From Eledone cirrhosa (lineage: Eukaryota), in assembly GCA_964016885.1 (NCBI GenBank), contig OZ024762.1:28768001-28832000 (forward strand): a DNA stretch of 64,000 nt, written 5' to 3'. Of this stretch, positions 50,501-64,000 are shown piece by piece. Under the pieces are notes generated by a model. That model was not told the origin of the DNA and made no database searches. It saw only the letters and a program-made list of their open reading frames with translations. Position numbers and translations under genes: made by a program. How positions within the stretch are numbered: the stretch's first letter is position 1; the number at the start of each line of letters is the position of its first letter.

Positions 50501-53500
50501 GGTAGTAGAAGTGGTGGTGGTGGTGCTGGTGGCAATGATATACCGTGAGTGTTGACATCACACTCTCTCTTTCTATATATATGGTAGTTGAAGTGGTGGT
50601 GGCGGTGGCAATGATATACCATGAGTGTTGACATCACACTCTCTCTTTCTATATATATGGTAGTAGAAGTGGTGGTGGTGGTGGCAATGATATACCGGAA
50701 GTGTCGACATCACACTCTCTCTTTCTATATATATGGTAGTGGAAGTGGTGGTGGTGGTGGTGGTGGTGGTGGTGGCAATGATATACCGAAAGTGTTGACA
50801 TCACACTCTCTCTTTCTATATACATGGTAGTTGAAGTGGTGGTGGTGGTGGTGGCAATGATATACCGAAAGTGTTGACATCACACTCTCTCTTTCTATAT
50901 ATATGGTAGTAGAAGTGGTGGTGGTGGTGGTGGGGGAAATGATATACCGAGAGTGTTGACATCACACTCTCTCTTTCTATATATATGGTAGTTGAAGTGG
51001 TGGTGGTGGTGGTGGTGGTGGCAATGATATACCGGAAGTGTTGACATCACACTCTCTCTCTTTCTATATATATGGTAGTTGAAGTGGTGGTGGCGGTGGC
51101 AATGATATACCGGAAGTGGTGGTGGTGGGGGAAATGATATACCGGGAGTGTTGACATCACACTCTCTCTTTCTATATATATGGTAGTTGAAGTGGTGGTG
51201 GTGGTGGTGGCAATGATATACCGGAAGAGTATACACCACACTCTCTCTTTCTATATATATGGTAGTTGAAGTGGTGGTGGCGGTGGCAATGATATACCGG
51301 AAGTGGTGGTGGTGGGGGAAATGATATACCGGGAGTGTTGATATCACACTCTCTCTTTCTATATATATGGTAGTTGAAGTGGTGGTGGTGGTGGTGGTGG
51401 TGGTGGTGGTGGTAATGATATACCGAAAGTGTTGCCATCACACTCTCTCTTTCTATATACATGGTAGTTGAAGTGGTGGTGGTGGTGGTGGCGGTGGCAA
51501 TGATATACCGGAAGTGGTGTTGGTGGGGGAAATGATATACCGGGAGTGTTGACATCACACTCTCTCTTTCTATATATATGGTAGTAGAAGTGGTGTTGGT
51601 GGTGGTGGTGGCAATGATATACCGGAGGTGTTGACATCACACTCTCTCTTTCTATATATATGGTAGTAGAAGTGGTGGTGGTGGTGATGGTGGCAATGAT
51701 ATACCGAAAGTGTTGCCATCGCACTCTCTCTTTCTATATACATGGTAGTTGAAGTGGTGGTGGTGGTGGTGGTGGTGGCAATGATATACCGGAGGTGTTG
51801 ACATCACACTCTCTCTTTCTATATATATGGTAGTTGAAGTGGTGGTGGTGGTAGTGGCAATGATATACCGGGAGTGTTGACATCACACTCTCTCTTTCTA
51901 TATATATGGTTGTAGAACTGGTGGTGGTGGTGGTGGCAATGATATACCGGAGGTGTTGACATCACACTCTCTCTTTCTATATATATGGTAGTAGAAGTGG
52001 TGGTGGTGGTGATGGTGGCAATGATATACCGGAGGTGTTGACATCACACTCTCTCTTTCTATATATATATGGTAGTAGAAGTGGTGGTGGTGGTGTGGGA
52101 AATGATATACCGGGAGTGTTGACATCACACTCTCTCTTTCTATATATATGGTAGTAGAAGTTGAAGTGGTGGTGGTGGTGGCAATGAAATACCGGAGGCG
52201 TTGACATCACACTCTCTCTTTCTATATATATGGTAGTTGAAGTGGTGGTGGTGGTGGCAATGATATACCGGAGGTGTTGACATCACACTCTCTCTTTCTA
52301 TATATATGGTAGTTGAAGTGGTGGTGGTGGTGGCAATGATATACCGGAGGTGTTGATATCACACTCTCGCTTTCTATATATATGGTAGTTGAAGTGGTGG
52401 TGGTGGTGGCAATGATATACCGTGAGTGTTGACATCACACTCTCTCTTTCTATATATATGGTAGTTGAAGTGGTGGTGGTGGTGGAGGCAATGATATACC
52501 GGAAGTGTATACACCACACTCTCTCTTTCTATATATATGGTAGTTGAAGTGGTGGTGGTGGTGGTGGTGGCGGTGGTGGCAATGATATACCGGAAATGTT
52601 GACATCACACCCTCTCTTTCTATATACATGGTAGTTGAAGTGGTGGTGGTGGTGGTGGAGGTGGTGGTGGTGGCAATGATATACCGAAAGTGTTGCCATC
52701 GCACTCTCTCTTTCTATATACATGGTAGTTGAAGTGGTGGTGGTGGTGGTGGTGGTGGCAATGATATACCGGAGGTGTTGACATCACACTCTCTCTTTCT
52801 ATATATATGGTAGTTGAAGTGGTGGTGGTGGTGGTGGCAATGATATACCGGAGGTGTTGACATCACACTCTCTCTTTCTATATATATGGTAGTAGAAGTG
52901 GTGGTGGTGGTGATGGTGGCAATGATATACCGAAAGTGTTGCCATCGCACTCTCTCTTTCTATATACATGGTAGTTGAAGTGGTGGTGGTGGTGGTGGTG
53001 GTGGCAATGATATACCGGAGGTGTTGACATCACACTCTCTCTTTCTATATATATGGTAGTTGAAGTGGTGGTGGTGGTAGTGGCAATGATATACCGGGAG
53101 TGTTGACATCACACTCTCTCTTTCTATATATATGGTTGTAGAACTGGTGGTGGTGGTGGTGGCAATGATATACCGGAGGTGTTGACATCACACTCTCTCT
53201 TTCTATATATATGGTAGTAGAAGTGGTGGTGGTGGTGATGGTGGCAATGATATACCGGAGGTGTTGACATCACACTCTCTCTTTCTATATATATATGGTA
53301 GTAGAAGTGGTGGTGGTGGTGTGGGAAATGATATACCGGGAGTGTTGACATCACACTCTCTCTTTCTATATATATGGTAGTAGAAGTTGAAGTGGTGGTG
53401 GTGGTGGCAATGAAATACCGGAGGCGTTGACATCACACTCTCTCTTTCTATATATATGGTAGTTGAAGTGGTGGTGGTGGTGGCAATGATATACCGGAGG

Positions 53501-56500
53501 TGTTGACATCACACTCTCTCTTTCTATATATATGGTAGTTGAAGTGGTGGTGGTGGTGGCAATGATATACCGGAGGTGTTGATATCACACTCTCGCTTTC
53601 TATATATATGGTAGTTGAAGTGGTGGTGGTGGTGGCAATGATATACCGGGAGTGTTGACATCACACTCTCTCTTTCTATATATATGGTAGTTGAAGTGGT
53701 GGTGGTGGTGGTGGTGGTGGTGGTGGTGGTGGTGGTGGCAATGATATACCGGAAGTGTTGATATCACACTCTCTCTTTCTATATATATGGTAGTTGAAGT
53801 GGTGGTGGTGGTGGTGGTGGTGGTGGTGGCAATGATATACCGGAAGTGTTGACATCACACTCTCTCTCTTTCTATATATATCGTAGTGGAAGTGGTGGTG
53901 GTGGTGGTGGTGGTGGTGGCAATGATATACCGTGAGTGTTGACATCACACTCTCTCTTTCTATATATATGGTAGTAGAAGTGGTGGTGGTGGCTGTGGTG
54001 GTGGTGGTGGCAATGATATACCGGAGGTGTTGACATCACACTCTCTCTTTCTATATATATGGTAGTTGAAGTGGTGGTGGTGGTGGCAATGATATACCGG
54101 GAGTGTTGACATCACACTCTCTCTTTCTATATATATGGTAGTGGAAGTGGTGGTGGTGGTGGTGGTGGTGGTGGTGGTGGCAATGATATACCGGAAGTGT
54201 ATACACCACACTCTCTCTTTCTATATATATGGTAGTGGAAGTGGTGGTGGTGGTGGTGCTGGTGGTGGTGGTGGCAATGATATACCGGAAATGTTGACAT
54301 CACACTCTCTCTTTCTATATATATGGTAGTTGAAGTGGTGGTGGTGGTGGTGGTGATGGTGGTGGCAATGATATACCGGAAATGTATACACCACACTCTC
54401 TCTTTCTATATACATGGTAGTTGAAGTGGTGGTGGTGGTGGTGGTGGTGGCAATGATATACCGGAGGTGTTGACATCACACTCTCTCTTTCTATATATAT
54501 GGTAGTAGAAGTGGTGGTGGTGGTGGTGGGGGAAATGATATACCGGGAGTGTTGACATCACACTCTCTCTTTCTATATATATATGGTAGTAGAAGTGGTG
54601 GTGGTGGTGGTGGTGGCAATGATATACCGGAGGCGTTGACATCACACTCTCTCTTTCTATATATATGGTAGTAGAAGTGGTGGTGGTGGTGGCAATGATA
54701 TACCGGAGGTGTTGACATCACACTCTCTCTTTCTATATATATGGTAGTAGAAGTGGTGGTGGTGGTGGTGGTGGCAATGATATACCGGAAGTGTTGACAT
54801 CACACTCTCTCTTTTTATATATATGGTCGTAGAAGTGGTGGTGGTGGTGGTGGCAATGATATACCGGAAGTGTTGACATCACACTCTCTCTTTCTATATA
54901 TATGGTAGTAGAAGTGGTGGTGGTGGTGGTGGCAATGATATACCGGAAGTGTTGACATCACACTCTCTCTTTCTATATATATGGTAGTTGAAGTGGTGGT
55001 GGTGGTGGTGGTGGCAATGATATACCGGAAGTGTTGACATCACACTCTCTCTCTTTCTATATATATCGTAGTGGAAGTGGTGGTGGTGGTGGTGGTGGTG
55101 GCAATGATATACCGGAAGTGTTGACATCACACTCTCTCTTTCTATATATATGGTAGTTGAAGTGGTGGTGGTGGTTGCAATGATATACCGGAAGTGTATA
55201 CATCACACTCTCTCTTTCTATATATATGGTAGTTGAAGTGGTGGTGGCGGTGGCAATGATATACCGGAAGTGGTGGTGGTGGGGGAAATGATATACCGGG
55301 AGTGTTGACATCACACTCTCTCTTTCTATATATATGGTAGTTGAAGTGGTGGTGGTGGTGGTGGCAATGATAAACCGGAAGTGTATACACCACACTCTCT
55401 CTTTCTATATATATGGTAGTTGAAGTGGTGGTGGCGGTGGCAATGATATACCGGAAGTGGTGGTGGTGGGGGAAATGATATACCGGGAGTGTTGACATCA
55501 CACTCTCTCTTTCTATATATATGGTAGTAGAAGTGGTGGTGGTGGTGGTGGCAATGATATACCGGGAGTGTTGACATCACACTCTCTCTTTCTATATATA
55601 TGGTAGTTGAAGTGGTGGTGGCGGTGGCAATGATATACCGGAAGTGGTGCTGGTGGGGGAAATGATATACCGGGAGTGTTGACATCACACTCTCTCTTTC
55701 TATATATATGGTAGTTGAAGTGTTGGTGGCGGTGGTGGCAATGATATACCGGAAATGTTGACATCACACTCTCTCTTTCTATATATATGGTAGTAGAAGT
55801 GGTGGTGGTGGTGGTGGTGGGGGAAATGATATACCGGGAGTGTTGACATCACACTCTCTCTTTCTATATATATGGTAGTAGAAGTGGTGGTGGTGGTGGT
55901 GGCAATGATATACCGGAAGTGTTGACATCACACACTCTCTTTCTATATATATGGTAGTTGAAGTGGTGGTGGTGGTGGTGGTGGTGGTGGTGGCAATGAT
56001 ATACCGGAAGTGTTGACATCACACTCTCTCTTTCTATATATATGGTAGTTGAAGTGGTGGTGGTTGTGGTGGTGGTGGTGGTGGTGGCAATGATATACCG
56101 GAAGTGTTGACATCACACTCTCTCTTTCTATATATATCGTAGTGGAAGTGGTGGTGGTGGTGGTGGTGGTGGTGGCAATGATATACCGGAAGTGTTGACA
56201 TCACACTCTCTCTCTTTCTATATATATCGTAGTGGAAGTGGTGGTGGTGGTGGTGGTGGTGGTGGCAATGATATACCGGAAGTGTTGACATCACACTCTC
56301 TCTTTCTATATATATGGTAGTTGAAGTGGTGGTGGTGGTTGCAATGATATACCGGAAGTGTATACATCACACTCTCTCTTTCTATATATATGGTAGTTGA
56401 AGTGGTGGTGGCAGTGGCAATGATATACCGGAAGTGGTGGTGGTGGGGGAAATGATATACCGGGAGTGTTGACATCACACTCTCTCTTTCTATATATATG

Positions 56501-59500
56501 GTAGTTGAAGTGGTGGTGGTGGTGGTGGCAATGATAAACCGGAAGTGTATACACCACACTCTCTCTTTCTATATATATGGTAGTTGAAGTGGTGGTGGCG
56601 GTGGCAATGATATACCGGAAGTGGTGGTGGTGGGGGAAATGATATACCGGGAGTGTTGACATCACACTCTCTCTTTCTATATATATGGTAGTTGAAGTGG
56701 TAGTGGTGGTGGTGGTGGCAATGATATACCGGGAGTGTTGACATCACACTCTCTCTTTCTATATATATGGTAGTTGAAGTGGTGATGGTAGTGGCAATGA
56801 TATACCGAAAGTGTTGACATCACACTCTCTCTTTCTATATATATGGTAGTTGAAGTGGTGGTGGTGTTGGTGGGGGAAATGATATACCGGGAGTGTTGAC
56901 ATCACACTCTCTCTTTCTATATATATGGTAGTAGAAGTGGTGGTGCTGGTGGTGGTGGTGGTGGTGGCAATGATATACCGGAAGTGTTGACATCACACTC
57001 TCTCTCTTTCTATATATATCGTAGTGGAAGTGGTGGTGGTGGTGGTGGTGGTGGTGGTGGTGGCAATGATATACCGGAAGTGTTGACATCAGACACTCTC
57101 TTTATATATATATGGTAGTTGAAGTGGTGGTGGTGGTGGTGGCAATGATATACCGGAAGTGTTGACATCACACTCTCTCTTTCTATATATATGGTAGTTG
57201 AAGTGGTGGTGGCGGTGGTGGTGGTGGTGGTGGCAATGATATACCGGAAATGTTGACATCACACTCTCTCTTTCTATATATATGGTAGTTGAAGTGGTGG
57301 TGGCGGTGGTGGTGGTGGTGGTGGCAATGATATACCGGGAGTGTTGACATCACACTCTCTCTTTCTATATATATGGTAGTTGAAGTGGTAGTGGTGGTGG
57401 CAATGCTATACCGGAGGTGTTGACATCACACTCTCTCTTTCTATATATATGGTAGTTGATGTGGTGGTGGTGGTGGTGGCAATGATATACCGGAAGTGTT
57501 GATATCACACTCTCTCTTTCTATATATATGGTAGTTGAAGTGGTGGTGGTGGTGGTGGTGGTGGTGGTGGCAATGATATACCGGAAGTGTTGACATCACA
57601 CTCTCTCTCTTTCTATATATATCGTAGTGGAAGTGGTGGTGGTGGTGGTGGTGGTGGTGGTGGCAATGATATACCGTGAGTGTTGACATCACACTCTCTC
57701 TTTCTATATATATGGTAGTAGAAGTGGTGGTGGTGGTTGTGGTGGTGGTGGTGGCAATGATATACCGGAGGTGTTGACATCACACTCTCTCTTTCTATAT
57801 ATATGGTAGTTGAAGTGGTGGTGGTGGTGGCAATGATATACCGGGAGTGTTGACATCACACTCTCTCTTTCTATATATATGGTAGTGGAAGTGGTGGTGG
57901 TGGTGGTGGTGGTGGTGGTGGTGGTGGCAATGATATACCGGAAGTGTATACACCACACTCTCTCTTTCTATATATATGGTAGTGGAAGTGGTGGTGGTGG
58001 TGGTGCTGGTGGTGGTGGTGGCAATGATATACCGGAAATGTTGACATCACACTCTCTCTTTCTATATATATGGTAGTTGAAGTGGTGGTGGTGGTGGTGG
58101 TGATGGTGGTGGCAATGACATACCGGAAATGTATACACCACACTCTCTCTTTCTATATACATGGTAGTTGAAGTGGTGGTGGTGGTGGTGGTGGTGGCAA
58201 TGATATACCGGAGGTGTTGACATCACACTCTCTCTTTCTATATATATGGTAGTAGAAGTGGTGGTGGTGGTGGTGGGGGAAATGATATACCGGGAGTGTT
58301 GACATCACACTCTCTCTTTCTATATATATATGGTAGTAGAAGTGGTGGTGGTGGTGGTGGCAATGATATACCGGAGGCGTTGACATCACACTCTCTCTTT
58401 CTATATATATGGTAGTAGAAGTGGTGGTGGTGGTGGCAATGATATACCGGAAGTGTTGATATCACACTCTCTCTTTCTATATATATGGTAGTAGAAGTGG
58501 TGGTGGTGGTGGTGGTGGCAATGATATACCGGAGGTGTTGACATCACACTCTCTCTTTCTATATATATATGGTAGTAGAAGTGGTGGTGGTGGTGGTGGC
58601 AATGATATACCGGAGGCGTTGACATCACACTCTCTCTTTCTATATATATGGTAGTAGAAGTGGTGGTGGTGGTGGTGGTGGCAATGATATACCGGAAGTG
58701 TTGACATCACACTCTCTCTTTTTATATATATGGTAGTAGAAGTGGTGGTGGTGGTGGTGGCAATGATATACCGGAAGTGTTGACATCACACTCTCTCTTT
58801 CTATATATATGGTAGTAGAAGTGGTGGTGGTGGTGGTGGCAATGATATACCGGAAGTGTTGACATCACACTCTCTCTTTCTATATATATGGTAGTTGAAG
58901 TGGTGGTGGTGGTGGTGGTGGTGGTGGTGGTGGCAATGATATACCGGAAGTGTTGACATCACACTCTCTCTCTTTCTATATATATCGTAGTGGAAGTGGT
59001 GGTGGTGGTGGTGGTGGTGGCAATGATATACCGGAAGTGTATACATCACACTCTCTCTTTCTATATATATGGTAGTTGAAGTGGTGGTGGTGGTGGTGGC
59101 AATGATAAACCGGAAGTGTATACACCACACTCTCTCTTTCTATATATATGGTAGTTGAAGTGGTGGTGGCGGTGGCAATGATATACCGGAAGTGGTGGTG
59201 GTGGGGGAAATGATATACCGGGAGTGTTGACATCACACTCTCTCTTTCTATATATATGGTAGTAGAAGTGGTGGTGGTGGTGGTGGCAATGATATACCGG
59301 GAGTGTTGACATCACACTCTCTCTTTCTATATATATGGTAGTTGAAGTGGTGGTGGCGGTGGCAATGATATACCGGAAGTGGTGCTGGTGGGGGAAATGA
59401 TATACCGGGAGTGTTGACATCACACTCTCTCTTTCTATATATATGGTAGTTGAAGTGTTGGTGGCGGTGGTGGCAATGATATACCGGAAATGTTGACATC

Positions 59501-62500
59501 ACACTCTCTCTTTCTATATATATGGTAGTAGAAGTGGTGGTGGTGGTGGTGGTGGGGGAAATGATATACCGGGAGTGTTGACATCACACTCTCTCTTTCT
59601 ATATATATGGTAGTAGAAGTGGTGGTGGTGGTGGTGGCAATGATATACCGGAAGTGTTGACATCACACACTCTCTTTCCATATATATGGTAGTTGAAGTG
59701 GTGGTGGTGGTGGTGGTGGTGGTGGTGGCAATGATATACCGGAAGTGTTGACATCACACTCTCTCTTTCTATATATATCGTAGTGGAAGTGGTGGTGGTG
59801 GTGGTGGTGGTGGTGGCAATGATATACCGGAAGTGTTGACATCACACTCTCTCTCTTTCTATATATATCGTAGTGGAAGTGGTGGTGGTGGTGGTGGTGG
59901 TGGTGGCAATGATATACCGGAAGTGTTGACATCACACTCTCTCTTTCTATATATATGGTAGTTGAAGTGGTGGTGGTGGTTGCAATGATATACCGGAAGT
60001 GTATACATCACACTCTCTCTTTCTATATATATGGTAGTTGAAGTGGTGGTGGCGGTGGCAATGATATACCGGAAGTGGTGGTGGTGGGGGAAATGATATA
60101 CCGGGAGTGTTGACATCACACTCTCTCTTTCTATATATATGGTAGTTGAAGTGGTGGTGGTGGTGGTGGCAATGATAAACCGGAAGTGTATACACCACAC
60201 TCTCTCTTTCTATATATATGGTAGTTGAAGTGGTGTTGGCGGTGGCAATGATATACCGGAAGTGGTGGTGGTGGGGGAAATGATATACCGGGAGTGTTGA
60301 CATCACACTCTCTCTTTCTATATATATGGTAGTTGAAGTGGTAGTGGTGGTGGTGGTGGTGGTGGTGGTGGCAATGATATACCGAAAGTGTTGCCATCAC
60401 ACTCTCTCTTTCTATATATATGGTAGTTGAAGTGGTGGTGGTGGTGGCAATGATATACCGGGAGTGTTGACATCACACTCTCTCTTTCTATATATATGGT
60501 AGTTGAAGTGGTGATGGTAGTGGCAATGATATACCGAAAGTGTTGACATCACACTCTCTCTTTCTATATATATGGTAGTTGAAGTGGTGGTGGTGTTGGT
60601 GGGGGAAATGATATACCGGGAGTGTTGACATCACACTCTCTCTTTCTATATATATGGTAGTAGAAGTGGTGGTGGCAATGATATACCGGAGGCGTTGACA
60701 TCACACTCTCTCTTTCTATATATATGGTAGTTGAAGTGGTGGTGGTGGTGGCAATGATATACCGGAAGTGTTGACATCACACTCTCTCTTTCTATATATA
60801 TGGTAGTTGAAGTGGTGGTGGTGTTGGTGGGGGAAATGATATACCGGGAGTGTTGACATCACACTCTCTCTTTCTATATATATGGTAGTAGAAGTGGTGT
60901 TGGTGGATGTGGTGGTGGCAATGATATACCGGAGGTGTTGACATCACACTCTCTCTTTCTATATATATGGTAGTTGAAGTGGTGGTGGTGGTGGCAATGA
61001 TATACCGGGAGTGTTGACATCACACTCTCTTTTTCTATATATATGGTAGTTGAAGTGGTGATGGTAATGGCAATGATATACCGAAAGTGTTGACATCACA
61101 CTCTCTCTTTCTATATATATGGTAGTTGAAGTGGTGGTGGTGTTGGTGGGGGAAATAATATACCGGGAGTGTTGACATCACACTCTCTCTTTCTATATAT
61201 ATGGTAGTAGAAGTGGTGTTGGTGGTGGTGGTGGCAATGATATACCGGAGGTGTTGACATCACACTCTCTCTTTCTATATATATGGTAGTAGAAGTGGTG
61301 GTGGTGGTGGTGGCAATGATATACCGGGAGTGTTGACATCACACTCTCTCTTTCTATATATATGGTAGTTGAAGTGGTGGTGGCGGTGGCAATGATATAC
61401 CGGAAGTGGTGGTGGTGGGGGAAATGATATACCGGGAGTGGTGACATCACACTCTCTCTTTCTATATATATGGTAGTAGAAGTGGTGGTGGTGGTGGTGG
61501 CAATGATATACCGGGAGTGTTGACATCACACTCTCTCTTTCTATATATATGGTAGTTGAAGTGGTGGTGGCGGTGGCAATGATATACCGGAAGTGGTGCT
61601 GGTGGGGGAAATGATATACCGGGAGTGTTGACATCACACTCTCTCTTTCTATATATATGGTAGTTGAAGTGTTGGTGGCGGTGGTGGCAATGATATACCG
61701 GAAATGTTGACATCACACTCTCTCTTTCTATATATATGGTAGTAGAAGTGGTGGTGGTGGTGGTGGTGGGGGAAATGATATACCGGGAGTGTTGACATCA
61801 CACTCTCTCTTTCTATATATATGGTAGTAGAAGTGGTGGTGGTGGTGGTGGCAATGATATACCGGAAGTGTTGACATCACACACTCTCTTTCTATATATA
61901 TGGTAGTTGAAGTGGTGGTGGTGGTGGTGGTGGTGGTGGTGGCAATGATATACCGGAAGTGTTGACATCACACTCTCTCTTTCTATATATATGGTAGTTG
62001 AAGTGGTGGTGGTTGTGGTGGTGGTGGTGGTGGTGGCAATGATATACCGGAAGTGTTGACATCACACTCTCTCTTTCTATATATATCGTAGTGGAAGTGG
62101 TGGTGGTGGTGGTGGTGGTGGTGGCAATGATATACCGGAAGTGTTGACATCACACTCTCTCTCTTTCTATATATATCGTAGTGGAAGTGGTGGTGGTGGT
62201 GGTGGTGGTGGTGGCAATGATATACCGGGAGTGTTGACATCACACTCTCTCTTTCTATATATATGGTAGTTGAAGTGGTGGTGGTGGTTGCAATGATATA
62301 CCGGAAGTGTATACATCACACTCTCTCTTTCTATATATATGGTAGTTGAAGTGGTGGTGGCGGTGGCAATGATATACCGGAAGTGGTGGTGGTGGGGGAA
62401 ATGATATACCGGGAGTGTTGACATCACACTCTCTCTTTCTATATATATGGTAGTTGAAGTGGTAGTGGTGGTGGTGGTGGCAATGATATACCGGGAGTGT

Positions 62501-64000
62501 TGACATCACACTCTCTCTTTCTATATATATGGTAGTTGAAGTGGTGATGGTAGTGGCAATGATATACCGAAAGTGTTGACATCACACTCTCTCTTTCTAT
62601 ATATATGGTAGTTGAAGTGGTGGTGGTGTTGGTGGGGGAAATGATATACCGGGAGTGTTGACATCACACTCTCTCTTTCTATATATATGGTAGTAGAAGT
62701 GGTGGTGCTGGTGGTGGTGGTGGTGGTGGCAATGATATACCGGAAGTGTTGACATCACACTCTCTCTCTTTCTATATATATCGTAGTGGAAGTGGTGGTG
62801 GTGGTGGTGGTGGTGGTGGTGGTAGCAATGATATACCGGAAGTGTTGACATCAGACACTCTCTTTATATATATATGGTAGTTGAAGTGGTGGTGGTGGTG
62901 GTGGCAATGATATACCGGAAGTGTTGACATCACACTCTCTCTTTCTATATATATGGTAGTTGAAGTGGTGGTGGCGGTGGTGGTGGTGGTGGTGGCAATG
63001 ATATACCGGAAATGTTGACATCACACTCTCTCTTTCTATATATATGGTAGTTGAAGTGGTGGTGGCGGTGGTGGTGGTGGTGGTGGCAATGATATACCGG
63101 GAGTGTTGACATCACACTCTCTCTTTCTATATATATGGTAGTTGAAGTGGTAGTGGTGGTGGCAATGCTATACCGGAGGTGTTGACATCACACTCTCTCT
63201 TTCTATATATATGGTAGTTGATGTGGTGGTGGTGGTGGTGGCAATGATATACCGGAAGTGTTGATATCACACTCTCTCTTTCTATATATATGGTAGTTGA
63301 AGTGGTGGTGGTGGTGGTGGTGGTGGTGGTGGCAATGATATACCGGAAGTGTTGACATCACACTCTCTCTCTTTCTATATATATCGTAGTGGAAGTGGTG
63401 GTGGTGGTGGTGGTGGTGGTGGTGGCAATGATATACCGTGAGTGTTGACATCACACTCTCTCTTTCTATATATATGGTAGTAGAAATGGTGGTGGTGGTT
63501 GTGGTGGTGGTGGTGGCAATGATATACCGGAGGTGTTGACATCACACTCTCTCTTTCTATATATATGGTAGTTGAAGTGGTGGTGGTGGTGGCAATGATA
63601 TACCGGGAGTGTTGACATCACACTCTCTCTTTCTATATATATGGTAGTGGAAGTGGTGGTGGTGGTGGTGGTGGTGGTGGTGGTGGTGGCAATGATATAC
63701 CGGAAGTGTATACACCACACTCTCTCTTTCTATATATATGGTAGTGGAAGTGGTGGTGGTGGTGGTGCTGGTGGTGGTGGTGGCAATGATATACCGGAAA
63801 TGTTGACATCACACTCTCTCTTTCTATATATATGGTAGTTGAAGTGGTGGTGGTGGTGGTGGTGATGGTGGTGGCAATGATATACCGGAAATGTATACAC
63901 CACACTCTCTCTTTCTATATACATGGTAGTTGAAGTGGTGGTGGTGGTGGTGGTGGTGGCAATGATATACCGGAGGTGTTGACATCACACTCTCTCTTTC
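44497..64000. repeat. Satellite array, ~76-85 bp monomer, roughly 240 copies, continues beyond the window
   Basis: Consensus accggaagtgttgacatcacactctctctttctatatatatggtagt(t/a)gaagt(ggt)nggcaatgatat. Confidence 0.98.

Noticed and set aside
44398-63924. Dozens of poly-His/poly-Pro/poly-Thr ORFs
   Set aside because: They are translations of the satellite. Monomer length is mostly 3n+1, so frames cycle and stop every few units; no evidence of coding.
44497-64000. CRISPR-like repeat/spacer appearance
   Set aside because: The variable parts are GGT tract lengths, not unique spacers; no cas genes; eukaryotic context.

Overview
Eukaryotic, AT-rich, repeat-dense genomic DNA. The mix of effector-less tandem C2H2 zinc-finger genes, RTE LINEs, tRNA-SINEs and TA microsatellites suggests a coleoid cephalopod such as octopus; this is inference, not proven. 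Three C2H2-ZNF genes lie on the minus strand (3155-4837, 29016-29861, 38814-39386). The first two sit in a segmental duplication (1-~15071 vs ~24509-37054). Between the copies lies a Penelope-like (Naiad-type) retroelement with a 3' hammerhead ribozyme. It is interrupted by a young non-coding LTR element of unusual LTR-internal-LTR-tail layout and by a truncated RTE. Further Penelope-type remnants and a 276-bp palindrome follow. Several RTE copies carry a PHD-like C4HC3 finger inside the reverse transcriptase. The last 19.5 kb is a ~76-85 bp satellite that starts exactly at an ETS-type motif (ACCGGAAGTG) within a putative ZNF promoter segment. A paralogue of that segment at ~37747-37919 carries only a single copy of the motif. 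Most short ORFs in the track are repeat artefacts.
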